Positions 1 to 11,265 of a stretch of DNA of 64,000 nucleotides are shown here, piece by piece. The position numbers and the translations under genes were made by a program. The notes beneath the pieces are model-generated. The model made no database searches and had not been told where the DNA came from. It saw nothing but the letters and a program-made list of their open reading frames with translations. Source of the stretch: Octopus sinensis (Eukaryota); NCBI RefSeq assembly GCF_006345805.1, contig NC_043000.1, forward strand, positions 111,290,001 to 111,354,000. Reading direction: 5' to 3'. Numbering within the stretch: the stretch's first letter is position 1; every line of letters begins with the position of its first letter.

Positions 1-37
1 CGGAAACTGAAAGAAGCCCGTCGTATATATGTATATA

Positions 38-415
38 CACTACCGTCAGAAATTAATTAGCACCCTTGATTTGCTCTTCACTCAAGGTATGTGCTGTCAC
101 CTAGTGGCCATATCTCGAACTATTGCTTTGTTGCGAGTTCACTGTTGCGCAGAACGATGACGTAACTTTGTTTGCAGAGCAGTTTGAGAGTCTACAGCCT
201 TATGATGTTGACATAGCAGTGCAACAACTTGGAGTGCGGATGCAGACAAATCTTCCTTTGTTTAATAGATATAGGTAGCGCCTCGCAAGGACCGAAATCA
301 CACCATACTAAGTTTTCTCATCGCGTAAGACGTTTTGAACAGCTCATAAGGTTAATTGATTTAACCTATTTAATGTAGAAATTTGAGAAGTGCTAATTAA
401 TTTCTGACGCAAGTG
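38..415. mobile_element. Tc1/mariner-type MITE (378 bp)
   Basis: 26-bp TIRs CACTACCGTCAGAAATTAATTAGCAC / GTGCTAATTAATTTCTGACGCAAGTG (2 mismatches); TA on both sides (36-37, 416-417); no ORF. Confidence 0.75.
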
Positions 416-470
416 TATAGCTATATGTCTATATGTCTATCTGTCTGTATGTATATATATATATATATAC

Positions 471-1349
471 AACTTATAAATAAGGGAAAACGAAAAAATT
501 TCTAATGCCAAATATGCCGAAATTAGACACATTGTCCATAACCATTATAATTTTTTCACAATACGCACGCTACTCAAAAAAGGTCGACAGAAATTTCTAA
601 AAAATTCCATTATTACCATATCGGACCGATTTCAGAGTTAGTTCGTAAGAACCCTCCCTTCGTCAGTGATGAATGTGGCAAAGAAATAAATGAGATACTT
701 ACTCATACCCATGGAAGAAGCAAACACTAAGTCATGAGCACAATTAAGTACCCCAAATACATCCAAAATAGAAAATTCTCCAGCCCATTTGAGACATGTG
801 CGATTTGAACTAAGGCTCTCACAGAGTGAGAGTATCTCATTTATTTCTTTGCCTCATTCATCACTGACGAAGGGAGGGTTCTTACGAACTAACCCTGAAA
901 TCGGTCCGATATGGTAATAATGGAATTTTTTAGAAATTTCTGTCGACCTTTTTTGAGTAGCGTGCGTATTGTGAAAAAATTATAATGGTTATGGACAATG
1001 TGTCTAATTTCGGCATATTTGGCATTAGAAATTTTTTCGTTTGCCCTTATTTATAAGTTTAACCATTAAAGGTATTTTTTAATATGCTGGCCACTGATAA
1101 AAATTTTTTTCGAAAAAATTTTATCCTACATTAAATATAAATTTAATAGTGTTCACTTCCGGACTCTCTCACTCTGTGACAGCCTCAGTTCAAATCGCAC
1201 ATGTCACAAATGGGCTGGAGAATTTTCTATTTTGGATGTACTTGGGGTACTTAATTGTGCTCATTACTTAGTGTTTGCTTCTTCCATGGGTATGAATAAG
1301 TATCTCATTTATTTCTTTGCCACATTTATCACTGACGAAGGGAGGGTTC
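471..1349. mobile_element. Non-coding Penelope-like (pLTR-type) repeat in inverted/rearranged copies, with hammerhead-like cores
   Basis: 471-~700 is the reverse complement of ~832-1059; 1160-1349 is the reverse complement of ~650-834. Each arm carries CTGACGA-stem-GAAA. Confidence 0.55.
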
Positions 1350-2160
1350 GGATCTTTTCCTTTTGAACGGCAGTTTTCAACACAATTTCTAGTTAACTAA
1401 ACACTTTTAAACTTCGTATACTGGTAGAATGTGTCAAAATAAAACATTTTTCTCTCTTGGCTTTCTTGAGAAAATTGTAATAAGTAAGTTTAACGTAGTT
1501 TAATTTTTCGAATTTTAACCAATCCTATGCCCTCTATTGAGCTAAAATCATTTGCTGCGTCTAAAACTGAGACAACATCCTGTCACAAACCGTAACCCTA
1601 ACCCTAAATTTTAGCCTTTCGTGTTTTTTTTCTTAATTGTTAAATTAATTTAATTGTTATGCGTGTGTCTAAAATTATTCGTTTTGTTTTTGTTTTGAGT
1701 TTTTGCTTTCGTTTTAGCCTTTCGTTTTTTTTCTTAATTGTTAAATTAATTTAATTGTTATGCGTGTGTCTAAAATTATTCGTTTTGTTTTTGTTTTGAG
1801 TTTTTGCTTTCGTTTTAGCCTTTCGTTTTTTTTCTTAATTGTTAAATTAAAATTATTTTCCATTGCTTTCGTTTTAGCCTTTCGTTTTTTTTTCTTAATT
1901 GTTATCCTTAAATTAATTTAACAATTAAGGAAAAAAAACGAAAGGCTAAAATTTAGGGTTAGAGTGAGGGTTAGGGTTAGTGACAGGATGTTGTCTGCTT
2001 TAGACGCAGCAAATGATTTTAGTTCAATAGAAGGCATAGGATTGGTTAAAATTCGAAAAATTAAACTACGTTAAACTTACAAATTACAATTAAAAGAAAA
2101 AGATGTTTTATTTTGGCACATTCTACCAGTATACGAAGTTTAAAAGTGTTTAGTTAACTA
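1350..2160. mobile_element. Palindromic (fold-back) MITE with GGATCTTTTCCTTTTGAACGGC terminus; right end lost at the LTR junction
   Basis: Left arm 1350-~1620 is complementary to ~1920-2160; internal ~90-bp tandem duplications; same family as 7418-8977. Confidence 0.75.
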
Positions 2161-2875
2161 TAAAAAGGCAGGAGCTGTGAGTCAGTCGGCCGGAGAAACT
2201 GAGGTGGTAACAAGGCAGATGGGATTACGGCTTGAGGCGGCGACGGCGTAAGGGAAGACAGACAGATGGTATTACAGAACTAGGAGAGAGAGTGACAGTG
2301 ACAGCGTTGAGAACGATAGGCAGACAGTGAGAGGATGAGAGGTTGAGAAAGACATACACAGAGGGATTACGGCGGATAGAAGGAATTGAAACGGTATGTG
2401 TTGTTGAGTTGTGTTGTAATGTAAAAGAATTGATATGTGAATTAAGTAAAAGACTTGTCGAAAAGAAAGAACAGTGCTAAAGAGACTTTAAAAGAAGGAG
2501 AAAGACTTTGAACTGTATCGTGAACATTAATGTGATTTGAACATTGTATAATGTATTGATTTGTTGTTTTCTTTAAATGCTTTGATTTGTTGTATACCTG
2601 ATGTATCGTTGTTTTGATTTGATCTGAACTTATTTGTCTATGAACTGTATAATTGTATAAACCGTTGTTAAATGTAGCCAATTGCCTTCTGCCGTCTCTC
2701 TTTGTGTCTCTTCCTACTGTTGTTGTTGTTGTCGGTTCCCGCCGGTTGCCCGTGTTCGCTGCTGCCATTCTTCCCCACCGAATTCTCTCTTTCCGTGGCG
2801 AACTTTCCCCGATCGATCGAGCCGGTCAATCGTCGTCGCTCGACTTGGTAGGGTCCCGGGTTTTTCCCGAAGAGT

Positions 2876-3754
2876 TTGAGCGACGGCAGGTTCGTAACAA
2901 CTGGTGTCAGAAGTGGGATTGTCCTGATTGCTGCGGTCGATCGGTTGTTCGCTATGGATTCGGTGGAGGCACGAACTGGTAACCAGACTGGAGAGGAAGA
3001 GATCTCGCTTGCCTTGATTGTAGAGATGTTGAGGGGCCAGATGACGCAGACAAACACATTCTTGGAAAGGATGGACAAGAGGCGACAGGACCTGTGGGCA
3101 GATCAGGAAGAGCTTGAGGTTATGGATGGGTCAGCTTTGGAGGATCAGTGTTGGACCGGGAATAAGAGTGGTCATGTGGGCGGAAATTGCCCATCAAGTG
3201 AAATGGATAATGAAGGAAGTGGACCCGAGGAACCTTGTGATATGGAACCCGTAGAGGGTGCTGGACCCGAAAAGCCTGCTAAGTCTGATGTGGAGAAGCC
3301 TGAAGAGCCGGATGAGTGTGTGTTGTCTGCTGCTGTTGTTCCGTGTCTGGAACCTTTGGCGTCTCGACCCCTGTCTCTCGGAGCTCAGGACGAGGAGCTG
3401 GTGAAGTCTGGGGCTGATGTCGCTGAGTCCGAGGAGCCGGCTGTGTGTGTGGTGGTTGCTGAGGTTGATGTGCCGTGTGTGAGTCCTTTGGTGTCTGGGC
3501 CCCTGTCTCTCGGGGCTCAGGAGGACTGTCGGACGAGCTTGCGTTTTGTGAAGCCTTCGGTGCAGAAGCTGGTGAGGAAGAGGATCAAGCCTGGTGATGA
3601 GGCGAGACGGCTGCGAACGGTGGTAGGTCTACCTAGACCAGGAAGACTGCTCCAGTGTTGGGTGAGCTTTGTGTTCGATGGCTGCTTGGGGCTGGTGGGG
3701 CCCGACAGGCAGTGCATGCTGAAGGCCCAAGTGAGGGTCGGGTGGACCTGGTAG
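2876..3754 (+). pseudogene. Gag-like ORF of the LTR element (degenerate zinc knuckle)
   Basis: The likely start is MDSVEART just after the PBS; CWTGNKSGHVGGNCP resembles CX2CX4HX4C with the second Cys lost; acidic/Pro-rich repeats follow. Confidence 0.5.
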
Positions 3755-4099
3755 AGGCAGAAGTTGACAGAGCGCTGGTTGGGTCGGCCGATTTATTGGA
3801 GGCTACGCAGCCGATTTGTAGAGGGCAAATCGTGGAACTGCGCCGGACGGTGAACCAGCGGCAGGGCCAGTTCTGCCAATACAGTGATGCAGTTGAAGGA
3901 GATGGTGGTCTACCGATGCAGTTGCGGAGGCGGTCCGCAGGGAGTCGCCGGTGCTTGGTTGGCACTCGGGTGTTGGTGGAAAACGCAGAAAGTTTCATCG
4001 ACCCGGGCGGTCGTCGCTCGAAGAGGCAGCGGGGCCGGAGGATGGTCCCAGTTCGGCAGCGAAAGATGAGATATCGGCGACAGGGAGCAATGAAAGGGC

Positions 4100-4330
4100 G
4101 GAACGGTCCCTGGTCATCGGCCTTAGTTGTGCAGAATGGAGACGGCACAGCAAGGTGCTACGTGGGGGTATAGAGCCCTGAGGAAGGTGGCCACTGTAAA
4201 GGATTGGCCGGACCCTGCTTGTGTGAGGGAGCTAAGGAACACTCTCGGACGGTGCGCCCATTGTAGGCGGCTCGTAGGAGGCCTCCCGGCCTCGGCGGAG
4301 GTGTTACCCAAGCCGCAGAGGGAAGATGCC
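4100..4330 (+). pseudogene. Gypsy RT remnant: N-terminal motif fused to C-terminal motif
   Basis: GPWSSALVVQNGDGTARCYVG/YRAL (cf. SPWASP.V.V.KKDG..RFC.DYR.L, across a frameshift) runs directly into RKVATVKDWPDPACVRELRNTLGRCAHCRRLV (cf. KV.AV..WP.P....VRSFLG...YYRRFI). Confidence 0.6.
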
Positions 4331-5562
4331 AACCTGTGGCCGGTGGTGAAGTGGTGGCCGTGGGAGGCGAGACCCCCGGAGGAGAAACTACCCAAGGAGA
4401 CCTCCAGTTCCTGGAATATCTGCTGGAGCTCGCCCTTGGAGGTACGAGTTTGGTGTGCTTTTGTCGGGTCGACAAAAATTAGGTAGGGAGTAGTGATACG
4501 AGTAGGTCAATCCGTAACAACTTCAGTGACCTACTTTGTTGGCTTGGAGTCTGGAAGTCTACAATCTAAAGTTATTGTCCTTTGTTCTGTCAGATTCACG
4601 AAAGAGTGATGGCTTTTGGAAAGACCCCTACCCTTTTCCCGGTCAGGGAAGGATCAAGGAAACTACCCTATAAAAAGGCAGGAGCTGTGAGTCTGTGAGT
4701 CAGTCGGCCGGAGAAACTGAGGTGGTAACAAGGCAGATGGGATTACGGCTTGAGGCGGCGACGGCGTAAGGGAAGACAGACAGATGGTATTACAGAACTA
4801 GGAGAGAGAGTGACAGTGACAGCGTTGAGAACGATAGGCAGACAGTGAGAGGATGAGAGGTTGAGAAAGACATACACAGAGGGATTACGGCGGATAGAAG
4901 GAATTGAAACGGTATGTGTTGTTGAGTTGTGTTGTAATGTAAAAGAATTGATATGTGAATTAAGTAAAAGACTTGTCGAAAAGAAAGAACAGTGCTAAAG
5001 AGACTTTAAAAGAAGGAGAAAGACTTTGAACTGTATCGTGAACATTAATGTGATTTGAACATTGTATAATGTATTGATTTGTTATTTTCTTTAAATGCTT
5101 TGATTTGTTGTATACCTGATGTATCGTTGTTTTGATTTGATCTGAACTTATTTGTCTATGAACTGTATAATTGTATAAACCGTTGTTAAATGTAGCCGAT
5201 TGCCTTCCGCCGTCTCTCTTTGTGTCTCTTCCTACTGTTGTTGTTGTTGTCGGTTCCCGCCGGTTGCCCGTGTTCGCTGCTGCCATTCTTCCCCACCGAA
5301 TTCTCTCTTTCCGTGGCGAACTTTCCCCGATCGATCGAGCCGGTCAGTCGTCGTCGCTCGACTTGGTAGGGTCCCGGGTTTTTCCCGAAGAGTTTGAGCG
5401 ACGGCAGGTTCGTAACAATATATATAAACTTACTTGGAAAAGCGAAACGAAGAGAAATAACGCGTGCGTTCGGTCATTTAATAACAATATAATAAATAAA
5501 TAAAATATATGCATATATTCATACATATATGTACATAATTACATCTACATGTATATATACAA

Positions 5563-5619
<57 letters not shown>

Positions 5620-6000
5620 TACAGGACACCACAAATAAACGTATAACACAACGAGAAACGAAAACAAAATCAAACAAGGAAACGGAATTTTTTTAACAAC
5701 GAAAAAACAGAGTACAGGACAAACAATACACGCATTGAGCCGAACCAGGGACAGCTGATGAAGGGAAATTTTCCTTGTATTGTTTGTCCTGTACTCTGTT
5801 ATTTCGTTGTTAAAAAAAGTCCGTTTCCTTGTTTGATTTTGTTTTCGTTTCTCGTTGTGTTATACGTTTATTTGTGGTGTGGTGTCCTGTACTCATATAT
5901 ATATATGCTTGTATATATACATGTAGATGTAAGTATGTACATATATGCATGCATATATGCATATTTTATTTATTTATTATATTGTTAATATATATATATA

Positions 6001-6232
6001 TATGTGTGTGTATGTATGTATTTATGTATGTGTGTGTATATGTTTGTCCCCCCAACATCGCTTGACAACCGATGCTGGTGTGTTTATGTCCCCGTTACTT
6101 AGCGGTTCGGCGAAAAAGACCGATAGAATAAGTACTAGGCTTACAAAGAATAAGTCCTGAGGTCGATTTGTTCGACTAAAGGCAAAGCTCCAGCATGGCC
6201 GCAATCAAATGACTGAAACAAGTAAATGAGTA
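6001..6232 (+). mobile_element. 3' half of a tRNA-derived SINE whose 5' part lies at the window start (1-37)
   Basis: gtttgtccccccaacatcgcttgacaaccgatgctgg...atgactgaaacaag continues gaaactgaaagaagccc (1-20), as in the uninterrupted copy at 46830-47170. Confidence 0.65.
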
Positions 6233-7417
6233 CTATTATCAGGTAAAAAAAAAAAAGTTTGTGCGATGTCACGTACGTCAGGCATTTTGGATCCGCTTCG
6301 AATAAATTCAACATACGAGACAGGTTAAAAAGTCTTTTGCTTAATACTTGCCCGAATGGCCAAACTTCGGTGTGAAAAATGAATCAAAACAATCCATGTA
6401 AACCTTCTATTTTTACAGCATAGATATTTCATAATTTGTGTTCTTGTCACGCAATGCCTGAAAGCGTGTTGTTCACATGTCAGAAATAAAAACGACAAAC
6501 CAAATTGAGAGACAGGCGAGGGCTAAGCTGTTGATGACCGGGTGAAAATATTATTTATATTTTGTCAGTTACAAATAGATTCATGCTAAAACACTTTGGT
6601 TTAGTTATCTTAATATGTCTCTAAACTTCAAAGCGACTTTGACATTTTCATAAATCTTACATCACAAAGATTTATTTATATTTCAACCTGACAACGTACA
6701 TGGATTTATGAATATTACAGGAACAAAGAGACATGACGAAATATACGTGCAAACCTGGAGAATATGTGTATAATGTGTGTATATACATTCTTGAATAGAC
6801 AAAGAATTTTTTTTTTCAGTGTGGACCCGGTCGCCTTTGTAACTATGGAGACCAGTGGTAGAAAACTGACTCTAATACACGAGTTCTTCCTCACAGCTTT
6901 CTCTGTTGATGTATAAATATGCTCACAGAGTTCCAAATATTGGTTATATACCGAGCAATTTAAATCGGACTATCTTTTATCTTTCACTTGTTTCAGTCGT
7001 TAGACTGCTACGGTCATGCTGGAGCACCGCCTTCAAGAACTTTTAATTGAATGAATCGGCCCCTACGAATGCAGGACCTGTGATGACTCGTATCAGGAAA
7101 ATCAGTGGTAAGAAATTTTGTCCTAGCATGCGATTGCCAGTGAGTAAACGCTACTGATAAAGTGCAACAAGACAGAAATGTATACCTAGCATTCTCACCA
7201 CCGTTGCCACATGATTTTCGCCTGCTACTGATATATTCATAAGAGACATCATATTCAGATAAATACTGCAGTTAACTTGCAGACTCAAAAAGTATATATA
7301 TTTTTTTCTGTAGTTTCAGCTCAGAGCTGCGGTCATGCTGATGCACTGCCTTTGTAAGCTCTGTTGGATTCATAGGTGGTGCTTGCAAATTCTTACAAAC
7401 TACTACATAAATGGCTA

Positions 7418-8977
7418 GGATCTTTTCCTTTTGAACGGCAGTTTTCAACACAATTTCTGGATCTTTTCCTTTTGAACGGCACATGTCAACACAATTTCTA
7501 GTTAACTAAACACTTAAAAACTTCGTATACTGGTAGAATGTGTCAAAATAAAACATTTTTTTCTCTTGGTTTTCTTGAGAAAATTGTAATTTGTAAGTTT
7601 AACGTAGTTTAATTTTTCGAATTTTAACCAATGAATCGCCTCTAGTGAGCTAAAATCATTTGCTGCATCTAAAACTGAGACAACATCCTGTCATTAACCA
7701 TCACCCTCACCCTAACCCTAAACTTTAGCCTTTCGTTTTTGTTTTTTTTATTGTTAAATTAATTTAATTGTTACGCGTGTGTCTAAAATTATTCGTTTTG
7801 TTTTTGTTTTGAGTTTTTGCTTTCGTTTTAGCCTTTCGTTATGTATACGTACGGAAAGCGTGTGTATAAAATTATAGAATTATTTTGTTTGTTAATTGTT
7901 TAAATTATTTTCCATTGCTTTCGTTTTTTTTTTTCTTAATTGTTATCCTTAAATTTAACAATTAAGGAAAAAAAACGAAAGGCTAAAATTTAGGGTGAGG
8001 GTGAGGGTTAGGGTTAGTGACAGGATGTTGTCTCAGTTTTAAACGCAGAAAATGATTTTAGCTCACTAGAGGCAATTGATTGGTTAAAATTCGAAAAATT
8101 AAACTACGTTAAACAAACAAATTACAATTTTCTCAAGAAAGCCAAGAGAAAAAAATGCTTTATTTTGACACATTCTACCATTATACGAAGTTTTAAAGTG
8201 TTTAGTTAACTAGAAATTGTGTTGACATGTGCCATTCAAAAGGAAAAAATCCCAATTTCTAGTTAACTAAACACTTTTAAACTTCGTATACTGGTAGAAT
8301 GAGTCAAAATAAAACATTTTTTTCTCTTGGCTTTCTTGAGAAAATTGTAATTTGTAAGTTTAACATAGTTTAATTTTTCGAATTTTACCCAATACTATGC
8401 CCTCTATTGAGCTAAAATCATTTGCTGCGTCTAAAACTGAGACAACATCTTGTCACTAACCCTAACCCTAAATTTTAGCCTTTCGCTTTTTTTTCTTAAT
8501 TGTTAAATTAATTTAATTGTTATGCGTGTGTCTAAAATTATTCGTTTTGTTTTTGTTTTGAGTTTTTGCTTTCGTTTTAGCCTTTCATTTTTTTTTTCTT
8601 AATTGTTAAATTAAAATTATTTTCCATTGCTTTCGTTTTAGCCTTTCGTTTTTTTTCTTAATTAATAATTAAATTAATTTAACAATTAAGAAAAAAAAAA
8701 GCGAAAGGCTAAAATTTAGGGTTAAGGTGAGGGTTAGGGTTAGTGACAGGATGTTGTCTGTTTTAGATGCAGCAAATGATTTTAGCTCAATAGAGGGCAT
8801 AGGATTGGTTAAAATTCGAAAAATTAAACTACGTTAAACAAACAAATTACAATTTTCTCAAGAAAGCCAAGAGAAAAAGATGTTTTATTTAGACACATTC
8901 TACCTGTATACGAAATTTAAAAGTGTTTAGTTAACTAGAAATTGTGTTGAAAATTGCCGTTCAAAAGGAAAAGGTCC
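7418..8977. mobile_element. Composite of two tandem palindromic MITE units with 8-bp TSD
   Basis: Termini GGATCTTTTCCTTTTGAACGGC / GCCGTTCAAAAGGAAAAGGTCC; AATGGCTA at 7410-7417 and 8978-8985; units ~7418-8252 and ~8253-8977. Confidence 0.85.
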
Positions 8978-9306
8978 AATGGCTATATTGAGAGAGGCAA
9001 GAACTTTGAGAGAAATAGTATTTGTTCGTTGTTTACACAACAGTGCAGGTGGATTGCATAATATCCTGTAAGTCTAAACCACAAAGAAATCCAATGTAAA
9101 CTAATGCAAAAAATGCCTGAAGAAGTATGCATGTTGAATTAATGGGCCTCCATAGGGTCAATGGATATTATAAATAATATTTAATGATATCCTATGGTGA
9201 GTTGGTGTCAGGAAGAAAAACATGAAATGCCGAAACATACGTATGTAGCAATGCATTAATAAAAATTAAATTGCCATCCGTGGAGTATTTCTTGTTATTA
9301 ATGTGT

Positions 9307-9346
<40 letters not shown>

Positions 9347-9439
9347 TTGACAACTGGTGTTGGTGCGGTTACTTTCCTGTAACTTCACAGTTCAGCAAAA
9401 GAGATCGATACAATAAGAATCAAGTTTTTTAAAAATAAG

Positions 9440-10067
9440 GGATCTTTACCTTTTGACCTACAGATTTAAAAACTAATTTTTTGTAACTAAACACTTTCAA
9501 ACGTTGTATACTGGTAGAATCTGTCATATAAAACACCTTTTACTCTTAGCGTTTTTGAGAAAAGTTTATGTTTATAAAGTTATTTTGTGTTGAAGTTCTC
9601 GTATTTCGGTAATTTCAACCAATCAACGATGTGTATTCAGCTGAATAAAATTACTGCCGTTGTTTGTCAATAGCAAATATCGGCGGTGTATTTTTCGTTT
9701 GTCACCGTTATTTTTGACATCATTTGTGCATTTGTAATGGTTTTAGCTTTAAGGTTTTAGGGTTAGGGTTAAGGTTACGGTTAGGGTTGTAATAAATAAC
9801 GGTGACAAACGAAAAATACACCGCCGATAGTTGCTATTGACAAACAACGGCAGTAATTTTATTCAGCTGAATACACGTCGTTGATTGGTTGAAATTACCA
9901 AAATACGAGAACTTCAACACAAAATAACTTTGTAAACATAAACTTTTCTCAAAAACGCTAAGAGTAAAAGGTGTTTTATATGACACATTCTACCAGTATA
10001 CAACGTTTGAAAGTGTTTAGTTACAAAAAATTAGTTTTTAAATCTGTAGGTCAAAAGGTAAAGATCC
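9440..10067. mobile_element. Near-perfect palindromic MITE (related GGATCTTTACCTTTTGA terminus)
   Basis: ~290-bp arms, centre ggttttagggttagggttaaggttacggttaggg; the flanks are inverted rather than direct. Confidence 0.75.
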
Positions 10068-10954
10068 CTTATTTTTAAAAAACTTGATTCTTATTGTATC
10101 GATCTCTTTTGCTGAACTGTGAAGTTACAAGAAAGTAACCGCACCAACACCAGTTGTCAAGCATACACACATATACACACACATTAATAACAAGAAATAC
10201 TCCACGGATGGAGATTTAATTTTTATTAATGCATTGCTATGTACGTATGTTTCGGCATTTCATGTTTTTCTTCCTGACACCACCTCACCATAGGATATCA
10301 TTAAATATTATTTATAATATCCATGGACCCTATGGGGGCCCATTAATTCAACATGCATACTTTTTCAGGCATTTTTTGCATTAGTTTACATTGGATTTCT
10401 TTGTTTAGACTTACAGGATATTATGCAATCAACTTGCACTATTGTGTAAACAACGAACAAATACTATTTCTCTCAAAGTTCTTGCCTCTATCAATAAAGC
10501 CATCTATGTAGTAGTTTGTAAGAATTTGCAAGCACCACCCATGAATCCAACAGAGCTTACAACGGTGGTGCATCAGCATGGTTGCAGCTCTGAGCTGAAA
10601 CTACAGAAAAAAAAATCATACTTTTTGAGTCTGCAGGTTAACTGCAGTATTCATCTGAATATGATGTCTCTTATGAATATATCAGTAGCAGACGAAAATC
10701 ATGTGGCAACAGTGGTGAGAATGCTAGGTATACATTTCTGTCTAGTTGCACTTTATCAGTAGCGTTTACTTACTGGCAATCGCATGCTAGGACAAAATTT
10801 GTTACCACTGATTTTCCGAATATGAGTAGTCAGTCCACTTATGCATACCTTTCCTTCTTGGGACACAAAACTCTGCTTGCAAAGACCTGTTGAGGCAAGT
10901 GAAATCGAAATCGAAAAAAAATCAATGGAAATTGCAGTTGTGATACCAGTGCCG

Positions 10955-11265
10955 GTGGCACGTAAAAGAACCATCCAAACGTGGCCATTGCCAGCACCGC
11001 TTCGACTGGCCTCTGTGCCGGTGGCATGTAAAAAACACCAACCGATTGTGGCTGTTGCCAGCCTCGCCTGGTACCTGTGCCGGTGGCAAGTAAAAAGCAC
11101 CCACTACACTCATGGAGTGGTTGGCGTTAGGAAGGGCATCCTGCTGTAGAAACACTGCCAGATCAGACTGGGCTTGGTGCAGCCTCCTGGCTTCCCAGAC
11201 CTCAGTCGAACCGTCCAACCCATGCTAGCATGGAAAGCGGACGTTAAACGATGATGATGATAATG
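10955..11265 (+). mobile_element. Abundant SINE/LINE-tail repeat (ggcgttaggaagggcatcc...cggacgttaaacgatgatg family)
   Basis: Further copies at ~11744-11895(-), 30312-30565(+), 46150-46380(+), 53540-53810(-), 57380-57560(+), 57600-57830(-), 58590-58888(+); (GAT)n tail. Confidence 0.75.

Larger units (their letters stand above)
2159..5417 (+). mobile_element. Non-autonomous Ty3/Gypsy LTR retrotransposon
   Basis: Direct repeats 2159-2899 (5'-truncated) and 4494-5417 (TGATACGA...TCGTAACA). PBS TGGTGTCAGAAGTGGGATT at 2902-2920 is complementary to the tRNA-Leu 3' end. Purine-rich PPT at 4481-4493. Degenerate gag zinc knuckle and RT remnants inside. Confidence 0.9.

Noticed and set aside
2442-2982. 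ORFs duplicated at 2.4-3.0 kb and 5.0-5.5 kb
   Set aside because: They are duplicated only because they lie in the two LTRs; no recognisable domain.
4330-4486. Chromodomain-like VVKWWPWE at the end of the Gypsy interior
   Set aside because: Too short and degenerate to support.
6240-6960. Non-repetitive, slightly CpG-richer stretch with a strong ttttcAG at ~6820 and an X-box-like word
   Set aside because: No matching donor or ORF, and single motifs are expected by chance; not called a promoter or exon.
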